DNA from: Octopus sinensis
Lineage: Eukaryota
Assembly (NCBI RefSeq): GCF_006345805.1
Contig: NC_043006.1
Location: forward strand, 22,010,001-22,074,000
Length of the DNA: 64,000 nt
Direction of reading: 5' to 3'
Shown here: positions 1 through 11,439 of the stretch, in pieces
How positions within the stretch are numbered: the stretch's first letter is position 1
How the letters are laid out: each line of letters starts with the position of its first letter
Program-made: the position numbers and the translations under genes
The notes under the pieces: model-generated
Database searches by the model: none
Seen by the model: only the letters and a program-made list of their open reading frames with translations
What the model was told of the DNA's origin: nothing

Positions 1-16
1 TCGTAAACCTTCCCGT

Positions 17-83
<67 letters not shown>

Positions 84-84
<1 letters not shown>

Positions 85-208
85 TGTCTGTCTGTCTGTC
101 TGTATCAGTATGTGTGTATCACTAAAACTCGAGAATTACTTAACGGATTTCATTCAAATTTTACACATGCCTTACTTAGAGTCCATGCAAGTGTCATGGT
201 CAAAAAAG
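84..208 (+). mobile_element. Fragment of non-autonomous Helitron/DINE-like repeat with (GTCT)n
   Basis: (gtct)n followed by aaaactcgagaattacttaacggatttcattcaaattttacacatg. Recurs on the minus strand at ~6645-6765, 9478-9600, 19790-20075, 22065-22240, 32680-33000 and 37080-37405. Confidence 0.5.
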
Positions 209-277
209 ATTATTTATGTATTTATGTATGTATGTATGTAAGTATATATGTATGTATGTATGTGTGTATGTGTGTGT

Positions 278-580
278 GTGGAGATGCAATGGCCCAGTGG
301 TTAGGGCAGCGGACTCGCGGTTGTAGGATCGTGGTTTCGATTCCCAGACAGGGCGTTGTGAGTGTTTATTGAGCGAAAACACCTAAAGCTCCACACGGCT
401 CCGGCAGGGGGTGGTGGCGATCTCTACTGTACTCTTTCGCCACAACTTTCTCTCAGTCTTTCTTCTGTTGGCCTGCTCGCTTAGCCAGCAGGGTGGCGTC
501 ATTTGAAGGCTAAAACAATGCGAAGCGCATTGTGACCAGCGATGTGTAGCAGCATCTGATAGCCTGATCGGTCATGGTGA
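278..580 (+). mobile_element. tRNA-derived SINE family C, tail variant 1
   Basis: A box tggcccagtgg and B box ggtttcgattcc. Body shared with the 14689-15073 element but the 3' tail differs. Confidence 0.8.
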
Positions 581-597
581 TATATATATATATATAT

Positions 598-816
598 ATT
601 TTACTCTTTTACTTGTTTCAGTCATTTGACTGCGGTCAAGCTGGAGCACCGCCTTTAGTCGAGCAAATCGACCCCGGGACTTATTCTTTGTAAGCCCAGT
701 ACTTATTCTATTGGTCTCTTTTGCCGAACCGCTAAGTTACGGGGAAGTAACACACCAGCATCGGTTGTCAAGCAATGCTAGGGGGGGGGCAACACAGACA
801 CACAACACACACACAC

Positions 817-872
<56 letters not shown>

Positions 873-1028
873 GACGGGCTTCTTTCAGTTTCCGTCTACC
901 AAATCCACTCACAAGGCATAGATCGGCCCGGGGCTATAGCAGAAGACACTTGCCCAAGATGCCACGCAGTGGGACTGAACCCGGAACCATGTGGCTGGTT
1001 AACAGCTACTTACCACACAGCCACTCAT
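598..1028 (-). mobile_element. tRNA-derived SINE family A (CORE-like) with internal (TA)n(TG)n
   Basis: Head gagtggctgtgtggtaag...gggttcagtccc, CORE-like cttgggcaagtgtctt, tail gactgaaacaagtaaaaga. More than 10 copies in the window. Confidence 0.85.
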
Positions 1029-1422
1029 TTATATGTGTGATATATACATATAAAAATACAAACTGGGACAAGAAGGCAAAATATTTAGGTGACGATACAA
1101 AAAACACTATATGTATACGGATATGCCTTCCTATATACATGCAAAAACGTGTGCCTACAAGCATATGTTTGCACGCGCTCGTGTTTGTGCGCGCGCACTC
1201 GTATGTGTGTGTGTTCGTATGTTTTTTGAATGAAACGATTTGTTCTACAAAAAAACCCTTCAAGATGGTGCTCCAGCATGTCCGCAGTCAAATGACTGAA
1301 ACAAATAAAACAGTAAATTTATAAAAGATATACAGATTTCTTTTTTTTTTTTTTTAGTATACAAACACAATATAAAACATCTGATGAAACTATTCTTGTA
1401 AATTGTATAAAAGGAGAACCTG

Positions 1423-1515
1423 CGCCCGCACTGCAACTCGAGCCCGCGACCCTCAGATTTCTTACTGAACTGCTTCAAGAAAAGTCTGACGTTCTACTGA
1501 CTGAGTTACGCGGGT
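1423..1515 (-). pseudogene. tRNA-Lys(TTT) pseudogene with 20-nt intron (class D)
   Basis: Mirror image of 5341-5433. D and T arms are disrupted. Confidence 0.8.
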
Positions 1516-1723
1516 GGATGAACAAAGCCTTGATTATATTGTATATAAACCAAGATTTCTCATTTATTTCGTGTATAACTACCTAAGAACAATTCACCGA
1601 TTCATCTCATCGGTAAGTAGTGATGTTAACCTGTTGAATTTTTTATATGAGAAAGAAGCATCGTCGGCAATGTTTATCTAAATACTAAATATATTTAATA
1701 TACAGCCTCCGGCTGGGCTACTG

Positions 1724-2146
1724 GGATCTTTTCGGTTTGAACGGCAGTTTTTCTAGCCGTGTCATATGAAATTGTTACCCATAATTATGACCCTAGTATC
1801 GCTCTATTGCATTTCAATCTGTTTTAGGGCTAGAGTTAGTTAGGGTTAGGGTTAGGGAAGGGTATCTTTTTTTCTTCACAAATGTAAATAAACCCAATCT
1901 GTTTCTTAAACGAGAGAATATTCATACGGCACGGAATGTTTTCACCTCAATAGACGTCATTGATTGGTTGAAATTGGAGAAATTGAAGAAAAAAAACAAC
2001 AAATATCTTACAAACCATAGAATTTTCTCAATAAAGCCAAGAGAAAAAGATGTTTTATAAACGCATTCTACCAGTATACGAAGTTTAAAAGTGTTTAGTT
2101 ACGTGGAAATTATGTTTAAAAATTGCCGTTCAAACCGAAAAGATCC
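1724..2146. mobile_element. MITE, TIR GGATCTTTTCGGTTTGAACGGCA, 8-bp TSD, internal TTAGGG repeats (Merlin-like)
   Basis: TIRs at both ends. Flanks ggctactg (1716-1723) and ggatactg (2147-2154) match 7/8. Confidence 0.8.
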
Positions 2147-2793
2147 GGATACTGTTATATCCCACCACTAAGTTGAATCTTAGAATTTTATAAGCCCTTC
2201 CAAGAAATTTAAGGATGTTTCAAAAACACTCTAGGCTCGAAAAATTGTAACTTCTCTTTGGACAAACACCGCCTACTACAAAATGACGTCTCAGCGGTTT
2301 AGCGAGCTATTTTCCATCAGCAGCAATTATCTTTAGTCAGTATTACCAAAAGCATTGTAATGTTGTTCGTCGTACGTTTCAGCCAGGTTCGAATTTCGAA
2401 GAAAGCTACCTGCTACATTTTATTGTTTATAGCAAGTGAAATATGTTATATAGAATATAAACTTTCTTATAGCTTAGACAACGCACACGATTTTAGTGAA
2501 AGAAAGTTCATTTTTCTAGTAATCAACACATGATTACAGTTTTCGGATCTTTTCTGTTTGGTTGCACCTGTGGAAAGTTCAAAGTTTATTTGCAAATTTT
2601 GCAATTTGGTGTATTAATGTAATTTTCCAAGCTGAATGACCGGAGATATTTCACTTTTGCTAGGGAAATATTTTTTTTAAAAGTTACAGTTAATTGAAAA
2701 TTGGAAGCCGAACAGAAAAGATTCCAATTTGGTACTGTGTTTTAAACAAGAAATCTCCAAACAAGCAATTCATTTCAATAAAGTAAATTCACT

Positions 2794-2881
2794 CGCCAGT
2801 TGGGGGATTTAAACCCACGGCCTTCAAATCACTAAATTAGCTATTAAAAGTCTGATGCTCTACCGACTGAACTATACGGGC
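2794..2881 (-). pseudogene. tRNA-Lys(TTT) pseudogene with 15-nt intron (class C)
   Basis: Mirror image of 3973-4060. Confidence 0.8.
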
Positions 2882-3972
2882 GAACACATTTAAGAATTCT
2901 TAGATCTTGTTTAAAACAAGATTGCCCGCCTCCGACATTCTTTTCCTCTTAACATTCAGGAAAACGAATATTTTCCCACAGGTCGTCTCATGCACTTCTG
3001 CCCCATCGTCTTTGTTAATACCACTTTTCAAAGCTTTAGCATCTACCACTGTTGTTTCAGATTCCTATTTTTCAAGCATCAACATAACATAATCTTCACT
3101 CTCCTAAACGTATTCCTGCAAAAATGCAATTGAAAAATATTCAATGTAAACAGATATTTGAGGAGACAATTTCGGGTGGAAGAAGAATCATTCGAAACTC
3201 CAAAATTCCACCTCTTCTCATGCTGTAAACATAATGGTAATCCACATCCTAGAAAACATACCTCTATTTTGCCACACGCTAATCTCATCAAAGTACAATA
3301 AACTAGATCCCGTTTATTTAGTCCTCAAATAAAACAGTTGACAATGGTTTTATATATGTAAAGTGATTGCACGTGGACTATCTCTGCCCGTCTGCTTCTC
3401 TCTCTCTCTCTCTCTCTCAGACAGACAGACAGTCAGAGAGAGAGAGAGAGAGAGAGAAGCAGACGGGCAGAGATAGTCCACGTGCAATCACTTTACATAT
3501 ATAAAACCATTGTCAACTGTTTTATTTGAGGACTAAATAAACGGGATCTAGTTTATTGTACTTTGATGAGATTAGCGTGTGGCAAAATAGAGGTATGTTT
3601 TCTAGGATGTGGATTACCATTATGTTTACAGCATGAGAAGAGGTGGAATTTTGGAGTTTCGAATGATTCTTCTTCCACCCGAAATTGTCTCCTCAAATAT
3701 CTGTTTACATTGAATATTTTTCAATTGCATTTTTGCAGGAATACGTTTAGGAGAGTGAAGATTATGTTATGTTGATGCTTGAAAAATAGGAATCTGAAAC
3801 AACAGTGGTAGATGCTAAAGCTTTGAAAAGTGGTATTAACAAAGACGATGGGGCAGAAGTGCATGAGACGACCTGTGGGAAAATATTCGTTTTCCTGAAT
3901 GTTAAGAGGAAAAGAATGTCGGAGGCGGGCAATCTTGTTTTAAACAAGATCTAAGAATTCTTAAATGTGTTC

Positions 3973-4060
3973 GCCCGTATAGTTCAGTCGGTAGAGCATC
4001 AGACTTTTAATAGCTAATTTAGTGATTTGAAGGCCGTGGGTTTAAATCCCCCAACTGGCG
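3973..4060 (+). pseudogene. tRNA-Lys(TTT) pseudogene with 15-nt intron (class C)
   Basis: GCCCGTATAGTTCAGTCGGTAGAGCATCAGACTTTTA[atagctaatttagtg]ATTTGAAGGCCGTGGGTTTAAATCCCCCAACTGGCG. Two acceptor-stem mismatches and a TTC>TTT change in the T loop. Confidence 0.8.
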
Positions 4061-4708
4061 AGTGAATTTACTTTATTGAAATGAATTGCTTGTTTGGAGA
4101 TTTCTTGTTTAAAACACAGTACCAAATTGGAATCTTTTCTGTTCGGCTTCCAATTTTCAATTAAACTGTAACTTTTAAAAAAAATATTTCCCTAGCAAAA
4201 GTGAAATATCTCCGGTCATTCAGCTTGGAAAATTACATTAATACACCAAATTGCAAAATTTGCAAATAAACTTTGAACTTTCCACAGGTGCAACCAAACA
4301 GAAAAGATCCGAAAACTGTAATCATGTGTTGATTACTAGAAAAATGAACTTTCTTTCACTAAAATCGTGTGCGTTGTCTAAGCTATAAGAAAGTTTATAT
4401 TCTATATAACATATTTCACTTGCTATAAACAATAAAATGTAGCAGGTAGCTTTCTTCGAAATTCGAACCTGGCTGAAACGTACGACGAACAACATTACAA
4501 TGCTTTTGGTAATACTGACTAAAGATAATTGCTGCTGATGGAAAATAGCTCGCTAAACCGCTGAGACGTCATTTTGTAGTAGGCGGTGTTTGTCCAAAGA
4601 GAAGTTACAATTTTTCGAGCCTAGAGTGTTTTTGAAACATCCTTAAATTTCTTGGAAGGGCTTATAAAATTCTAAGATTCAACTTAGTGGTGGGATATAA
4701 CAGTATCC

Positions 4709-5132
4709 GGATCTTTTCGGTTTGAACGGCAATTTTTAAACATAATTTCCACGTAACTAAACACTTTTAAACTTCGTATACTGGTAGAATGCGTTTATAA
4801 AACATCTTTTTCTCTTGGCTTTATTGAGAAAATTCTATGGTTTGTAAGATATTTGTTGTTTTTTTTCTTCAATTTCTCCAATTTCAACCAATCAATGACG
4901 TCTATTGAGGTGAAAACATTCCGTGCCGTATGAATATTTCTCTCGTTTAAGAAACAGATTGGGTTTATTTACATTTGTGAAGAAAAAAAGATACCCTTCC
5001 CTAACCCTAACCCTAACTAACTCTAGCCCTAAAACAGATTGAAATGCAATAGAGCGATACTAGGGTCATAATTATGGGTAACAATTTCATATGACACGGC
5101 TAGAAAAACTGCCGTTCAAACCGAAAAGATCC
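4709..5132. mobile_element. Merlin-like MITE (mirror copy of 1724-2146)
   Basis: Same TIRs and internal ccctaa repeats. Confidence 0.8.
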
Positions 5133-5340
5133 CAGTAGCCCAGCCGGAGGCTGTATATTAAATATATTTAGTATTTAGATAAACATTGCCGACGATGCTT
5201 CTTTCTCATATAAAAAATTCAACAGGTTAACATCACTACTTACCGATGAGATGAATCGGTGAATTGTTCTTAGGTAGTTATACACGAAATAAATGAGAAA
5301 TCTTGGTTTATATACAATATAATCAAGGCTTTGTTCATCC

Positions 5341-5433
5341 ACCCGCGTAACTCAGTCAGTAGAACGTCAGACTTTTCTTGAAGCAGTTCAGTAAGAAATC
5401 TGAGGGTCGCGGGCTCGAGTTGCAGTGCGGGCG
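5341..5433 (+). pseudogene. tRNA-Lys(TTT) pseudogene with 20-nt intron (class D)
   Basis: ACCCGCGTAACTCAGTCAGTAGAACGTCAGACTTTTC[ttgaagcagttcagtaagaa]ATCTGAGGGTCGCGGGCTCGAGTTGCAGTGCGGGCG. Anticodon stem intact, T stem broken. Confidence 0.8.
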
Positions 5434-5829
5434 CAGGTTCTCCTTTTATACAATTTACAAGAATAGTTTCATCACATGTTTTATATTGTGTTTGTATACT
5501 AAAAAAAAAAAAAAAAAGAAATCTGTATATCTTTTATAAATTTACTGTTTTATTTGTTTCAGTCATTTGACTGCGGACATGCTGGAGCACCATCTTGAAG
5601 GGTTTTTGTAGAACAAATCGTTTCATTCAAAAAACATACGAACACACACACATACGAGTGCGCGCGCACAAACACGAGCGCGTGCAAACATATGCTTGTA
5701 GGCACACGTTTTTGCATGTATATAGGAAGGCATATCCGTATACATATAAGTGTTTTTTGTATCGTCACCTAAATATTTTGCCTTCTTGTCCCAGTTTGTA
5801 TTTTTATATGTATATATCACACATATAAA

Positions 5830-5986
5830 TGAGTGGCTGTGTGGTAAGTAGCTTGTTAACCAGCCACATGGTTCCGGGTTCAGTCCCACTGCGTGGCATC
5901 TTGGGCAAGTGTCTTCTGCTATAGCCCCGGGCCGATCTATGCCTTGTGAGTGGATTTGGTAGACGGAAACTGAAAGAAGCCCGTCG

Positions 5987-6017
<31 letters not shown>

Positions 6018-6255
6018 TATATATATGTATGTATGTGTGTGTGTGTTTGTGTGTCTGTGTTTGCCCCCCCCCTAGCATTGCTTGACAACCGATGCTGGTG
6101 TGTTTACTTCCCCGTAACTTAGCGGTTCGGCAAAAGAGACCAATAGAATAAGTACTGGGCTTACAAAGAATAAGTCCCGGGGTCGATTTGCTCGACTAAA
6201 GGCGGTGCTCCAGCTTGACCGCAGTCAAATGACTGAAACAAGTAAAAGAGTAAAA
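5830..6255 (+). mobile_element. SINE family A
   Basis: Same head, CORE-like body and tail as the other copies. Confidence 0.85.
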
Positions 6256-6271
6256 TATATATATATATATA

Positions 6272-6574
6272 TCACCATGACCGATCAGGCTATCAGATGC
6301 TGCTACACATCGCTGGTCACAATGCGCTTCGCATTGTTTTAGCCTTCAAATGACGCCACCCTGCTGGCTAAGCGAGCAGGCCAACAGAAGAAAGACTGAG
6401 AGAAAGTTGTGGCGAAAGAGTACAGTAGAGATCGCCACCACCCCCTGCCGGAGCCGTGTGGAGCTTTAGGTGTTTTCGCTCAATAAACACTCACAACGCC
6501 CTGTCTGGGAATCGAAACCACGATCCTACAACCGCGAGTCCGCTGCCCTAACCACTGGGCCATTGCATCTCCAC
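6272..6574 (-). mobile_element. SINE family C, tail variant 1
   Basis: Reverse complement of 278-580. Confidence 0.8.
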
Positions 6575-6764
6575 ACACACACATACACACATACATACAT
6601 ACATATATACTTACATACATACATACATAAATACATAAATAATCTTTTTTGACCATGACACTTGCATGGACTCTAAGTAAGGCATGTGTAAAATTTGAAT
6701 GAAATCCGTTAAGTAATTCTCGAGTTTTAGTGATACACACATACTGATACAGACAGACAGACAG

Positions 6765-6799
<35 letters not shown>

Positions 6800-6891
6800 A
6801 CGGGAAGGTTTACGAAAATAAACAAAAGACGAAGGCAGGTGGAGTACAAACAATGTATTAGTATGGCGCTCAGGAATAGAAATAAAACAAG

Positions 6892-6929
6892 TCTTTTATG
6901 TTTCGAGCCTACGCTCTTCGACAGAAAGA
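6892..6929 (-). ncRNA. Variant minimal hammerhead-ribozyme-like motif in a Penelope-like repeat (~6799-6997)
   Basis: Minus strand reads UCUUU-CUGUCGA-A-GAGC(GUAG)GCUC-GAAAC-AUA-AAAGA. Stems I and II pair, but core A6 and stem III are altered. Confidence 0.4.
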
Positions 6930-7128
6930 TACAAAGAAAAGAAACAAGGAGAGAAACAAGAAGAGAAAAAAATTGCGTGTAGGGGCTAACGACGATCCAG
7001 CATACATGTATATTTATAAATGAAGACTAGTTACGACAGAAAATTTAATCAATTTTTCTCACACGGCAACATAAAACTAGGTTATCAAACTTGATTTATA
7101 AACTATATGATGATAGATAACCGTGTCC

Positions 7129-7212
7129 GCCCGCATAGCTCAGTCGGTAGAGCATCAGACTTTTAAGCATTAAGTGATCTGAGGGTCGCGGGTTCAAGTC
7201 CCTCTGTGGGCG
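7129..7212 (+). tRNA. tRNA-Lys(TTT) with 11-nt intron (7166-7176), class A
   Basis: Cloverleaf GCCCGCATAGCTCAGTCGGTAGAGCATCAGACTTTTA[agcattaagtg]ATCTGAGGGTCGCGGGTTCAAGTCCCTCTGTGGGCG. Intron at canonical 37/38. Oligo-T Pol III terminator at 7217. Confidence 0.92.
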
Positions 7213-7611
7213 TACATTTTTTAAACTATATTCTTTGTGGTTTTTGTCACTGTTTACAATTTTCTTCCAATTGTTTTCATATTTGCTATATGGATTAAGT
7301 TTTGTATACTAATTATGAAAATAAAATTCATTTTTCATATTACTCCATAATTAAAAAGTTATTAGTCTTTAAGATTTGCAAAATTTGAATGTTTCAGCCA
7401 ATCAGATGCGAGTATTTTACACATCACCGTGGCGAAAAGCTCTGTTTCCATAGCAACCAAAGATGCTGCACATGCACACAAGAAGGAGAAGGTGATACGA
7501 GAAAGATAATCGTTTTGCTATAATAATATTCTTGTGTTTTTCTCTGTCACAACATATGAATGAGAAAGGAAGGGGTGATAGATGAATAAGGAAGGAAGGG
7601 ATGATGGCAAA

Positions 7612-7957
7612 CTGGTAGTTTTTTCTTTTGGCTTTATTGAGAAAGTTCTATAATTTGTAGGATATTGAATAGAGATAGGTTGTTTTTTTTCTTCAATTTC
7701 TCCAATTTCAACCAATCAATGACGTCTATTGAGGTGAAAACATTCCGTGCCGTATGAATATTTCTCTCGTTTAAGAAACAGATTGGGTTTATTTACATTT
7801 GTGAAGAAAAAAAGATACCCTTCCCTAACCCTAACCCTAACTAACTCTAGCCCTAAAACAGATTGAAATGCAATAGAGCGATACTAGGGTCATAATTATG
7901 GGTAACAATTTCATATGACACGGCTAGAAAAAACTGCCGTTCAAACCGAAAAGATCC
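7612..7957. mobile_element. Chimeric Merlin-like MITE at duplication junction
   Basis: Left part matches the copy at ~10471-10540. Right part matches the copy at 4856-5132. Confidence 0.75.
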
Positions 7958-8165
7958 CAGTAGCCCAGCCGGAGGCTGTATATTAAATATATTTAGTATT
8001 TAGATAAACATTGCCGACGATGCTTCTTTCTCATATAAAAAATTCAACAGGTTAACATCACTACTTACCGATGAGATGAATCGGTGAATTGTTCTTAGGT
8101 AGTTATACACGAAATAAATGAGAAATCTTGGTTTATATACAATATAATCAAGGCTTTGTTCATCC

Positions 8166-8258
8166 ACCCGCGTAACTCAGTCAGTAGAACGTCAGACTTT
8201 TCTTGAAGCAGTTCAGTAAGAAATCTGAGGGTCGCGGGCTCGAGTTGCAGTGCGGGCG
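8166..8258 (+). pseudogene. tRNA-Lys(TTT) pseudogene with 20-nt intron (class D)
   Basis: Identical to 5341-5433. Confidence 0.8.
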
Positions 8259-8656
8259 CAGGTTCTCCTTTTATACAATTTACAAGAATAGTTTCATCAG
8301 ATGTTTTATATTGTGTTTGTATACTAAAAAAAAAAAAAAAAAAGAAATCTGTATATCTTTTATAAATTTACTGTTTTATTTGTTTCAGTCATTTGACTGC
8401 GGACATGCTGGAGCACCATCTTGAAGGGTTTTTGTAGAACAAATCGTTTCATTCAAAAAACATACGAACACACACACATACGAGTGCGCGCGCACAAACA
8501 CGAGCGCGTGCAAACATATGCTTGTAGGCACACGTTTTTGCATGTATATAGGAAGGCATATCCGTATACATATAAGTGTTTTTTGTATCGTCACCTAAAT
8601 ATTTTGCCTTCTTGTCCCAGTTTGTATTTTTATATGTATATATCACACATATAAAT

Positions 8657-8811
8657 GAGTGGCTGTGTGGTAAGTAGCTTGTTAACCAGCCACATGGTTC
8701 CGGGTTCAGTCCCACTGCGTGGCATCTTGGGCAAGTGTCTTCTGCTATAGCCCCGGGCCGATCTATGCCTTGTGAGTGGATTTGGTAGACGGAAACTGAA
8801 AGAAGCCCGTC

Positions 8812-8867
<56 letters not shown>

Positions 8868-9085
8868 GTGTGTGTGTTTGTGTGTCTGTGTTTGCCCCCC
8901 CCCTAGCATTGCTTGACAACCGATGCTGGTGTGTTTACTTCCCCGTAACTTAGCGGTTCGGCAAAAGAGACCAATAGAATAAGTACTGGGCTTACAAAGA
9001 ATAAGTCCCGGGGTCGATTTGCTCGACTAAAGGCGGTGCTCCAGCTTGACCGCAGTCAAATGACTGAAACAAGTAAAAGAGTAAA
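8657..9085 (+). mobile_element. SINE family A
   Basis: Duplicate of 5830-6255. Confidence 0.85.
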
Positions 9086-9104
9086 ATATATATATATATA
9101 TATA

Positions 9105-9407
9105 TCACCATGACCGATCAGGCTATCAGATGCTGCTACACATCGCTGGTCACAATGCGCTTCGCATTGTTTTAGCCTTCAAATGACGCCACCCTGCTGG
9201 CTAAGCGAGCAGGCCAACAGAAGAAAGACTGAGAGAAAGTTGTGGCGAAAGAGTACAGTAGAGATCGCCACCACCCCCTGCCGGAGCCGTGTGGAGCTTT
9301 AGGTGTTTTCGCTCAATAAACACTCACAACGCCCTGTCTGGGAATCGAAACCACGATCCTACAACCGCGAGTCCGCTGCCCTAACCACTGGGCCATTGCA
9401 TCTCCAC
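9105..9407 (-). mobile_element. SINE family C, tail variant 1
   Basis: Duplicate of 6272-6574. Confidence 0.8.
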
Positions 9408-9596
9408 ACACACACATACACACATACATACATACATATATACTTACATACATACATACATAAATACATAAATAATCTTTTTTGACCATGACACTTGCAT
9501 GGACTCTAAGTAAGGCATGTGTAAAATTTGAATGAAATCCGTTAAGTAATTCTCGAGTTTTAGTGATACACACATACTGATACAGACAGACAGACA

Positions 9597-9658
<62 letters not shown>

Positions 9659-9750
9659 ACGGGAAGGTTTACGAAAATAAACAAAAGACGAAGGCAGGTG
9701 GAGTACAAACAATGTATTAGTATGGCGCTCAGGAATAGAAATAAAACAAG

Positions 9751-9788
9751 TCTTTTATGTTTCGAGCCTACGCTCTTCGACAGAAAGA
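9751..9788 (-). ncRNA. Variant minimal hammerhead-like motif (duplicate of 6892-6929)
   Basis: Identical sequence. Confidence 0.4.
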
Positions 9789-9987
9789 TACAAAGAAAAG
9801 AAACAAGGAGAGAAACAAGAAGAGAAAAAAATTGCGTGTAGGGGCTAACGACGATCCAGCATACATGTATATTTATAAATGAAGACTAGTTACGACAGAA
9901 AATTTAATCAATTTTTCTCACACGGCAACATAAAACTAGGTTATCAAACTTGATTTATAAACTATATGATGATAGATAACCGTGTCC

Positions 9988-10070
9988 GCCCGCATAGCTC
10001 AGTCGGTAGAGCATCAGACTTTTAAGCATTAAGTGATCTGAGGGTCGCGGGTTCAAGTCCCTCTGGGGCG
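9988..10070 (+). tRNA. tRNA-Lys(TTT), 11-nt intron, class A, 1-nt deletion in the 3' acceptor strand (pseudogene or sequencing error)
   Basis: Identical to 7129-7212 except that it ends ...CTCTGGGGCG. Confidence 0.75.
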
Positions 10071-11439
10071 TACATTTTTTTAACTATATTCTTTGTGGTT
10101 TTTGTCACTGTTTACAATTTTCTTCCAATTGTTTTCATATTTGCTATATGGATTAAGTTTTGTATACTAATTATGAAAATAAATTTCATTTTTCATATTA
10201 CTCCATGATTAAAAAGTTATTAGTCTTTAAGATTTGCAAAATTTGAATGTTTTAGCCAATCAGAAGCGAGTATTTTACACATCACCGTGGCGAAAAGCTC
10301 TGTTTCCATAGCAACCAAAGATGCTGCACATGCACACAAGAAGGAGAAGGTGATACGAGAAAGATAATCGTTTTGCTATAATAATATTCTTGTGTTTTTC
10401 TCTGTCACAACATATGAATGAGAAAGGAAGGGGTGATAGATGAATAAGGAAGGAAGGGATGATGGCAAACTGGTAGTTTTTTCTTTTGGCTTTATTGAGA
10501 AAGTTCTATAATTTGTAGGATATTGAATAGAGATAGGTTGTTTTTTTCTTCAATTTCTGCAATTTCAACCAATCAATGGCGTCTATTGAGGTGAAAACAT
10601 TCCGTGCCGTATGAATATGTCCCTCGTTTAAGAAACAGATTGGGTTTATTTACATTTCTGAAGAAAAAAAGATACCCTACCTGACCCTAACTCTAACCCT
10701 AACCCTAAAACAGATCGAAATGCAATAGATCGATACTAGGGTCATAATTATGGGTGACAATTTCATATGACACCGCTAGAAAAAACTGCCGTTCAAACCG
10801 AAAACATTCAAGTTTTCACGCCTTATGTATTTATCATATCAAAATTATATAGAAATTTTATATTTCATGTTTCGTTCGGTGGTACACAAATCTAAAAATC
10901 ATTGTCCTTTGAATAATGAAAGCTTTGGGTTAATATTTGTTTCATACATCTTCGACTTTGCGTTTACTGTCAGGAAATATATTAATTTCGCTTAAAATAT
11001 TTATTACAACACAATATACATATTGCGCTATTTTTTTCTACATTAGAATTTTTCGATTCAATAAATACTTGCAGAAAGCCACTCGGAGGACGTTGTCTTT
11101 GCTTGTTATTAATAGTGAGTAAGCTAAAGACACAACAGTAGAGCAGGACTGAGATTTTATAAGTCATTCGGAGAGAAATTCCTTTTATAAGGCAATTAAC
11201 TTATATTTATACAATGACTTCGCATAGTTTCCTGGAAACAACTTTCTCGGAAACATCACTCAAGTGTAAGCTTTTGAGAACATCGTTTACCTTGAGAACA
11301 AATCTGTCTGGTTTTACTTGTACCCTTGTCAATCGGCGTACCCTCTAGCATTAGTTATGACTAAGCACAAATAAACCATTCCTCCTATTTCAAAAATTAG
11401 GAGTGGAAAAGTTAATTCGTAATCTTCCATTTTAATATT

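Larger units (their letters stand above)
1..6815. repeat. Giant inverted repeat (palindrome): arms 1-3418 and 3436-6815, 17-nt spacer inside a (CT)n/(AG)n tract
   Basis: Window start tcgtaaaccttcccgttata is the reverse complement of 6796-6815. Mirrored ORF pairs (2907+/3762-, 3079-/3563+). Spacer agacagacagacagtca at 3419-3435. Arms may extend past the window start. Confidence 0.95.
4856..10539 (+). repeat. Direct tandem duplication of a ~2.83 kb unit (~4856-7679 and ~7680-10539)
   Basis: Same order in both units: MITE half, class D tRNA, SINE A, SINE C, Helitron-like piece, Penelope-like piece, class A tRNA. Near-identical sequence. Confidence 0.9.

Noticed and set aside
278-350. Additional tRNA genes at SINE heads
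   Set aside because: A and B boxes are present but there is no complete cloverleaf, and the sequence continues into repeat bodies with TSDs.
26-372. ORFs rich in CV, YI, HT or MYVC repeats (also near 19278, 32332, 36595 and 62895)
   Set aside because: They are translations of (TG)n, (TA)n, (CATA)n and (ATT)n microsatellites. Only the exon 3 portion of ORF 62895 is real.
1835-1860. Telomere or chromosome end (TTAGGG repeats)
   Set aside because: Only 2-3 units, always internal to the MITE family.
3400-3460. SMRTbell adapter remnant at the palindrome centre
   Set aside because: The CT/AG stem is reminiscent, but the spacer is an (AGAC)n-like sequence, not the adapter loop. A fold-back artefact is still not excluded.
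3563-3950. Possible decayed coding sequence (faint Crypton/DUF3504-like impression) near the palindrome centre
   Set aside because: Multiple stops and no motif I can identify with confidence. It needs a translated profile search.
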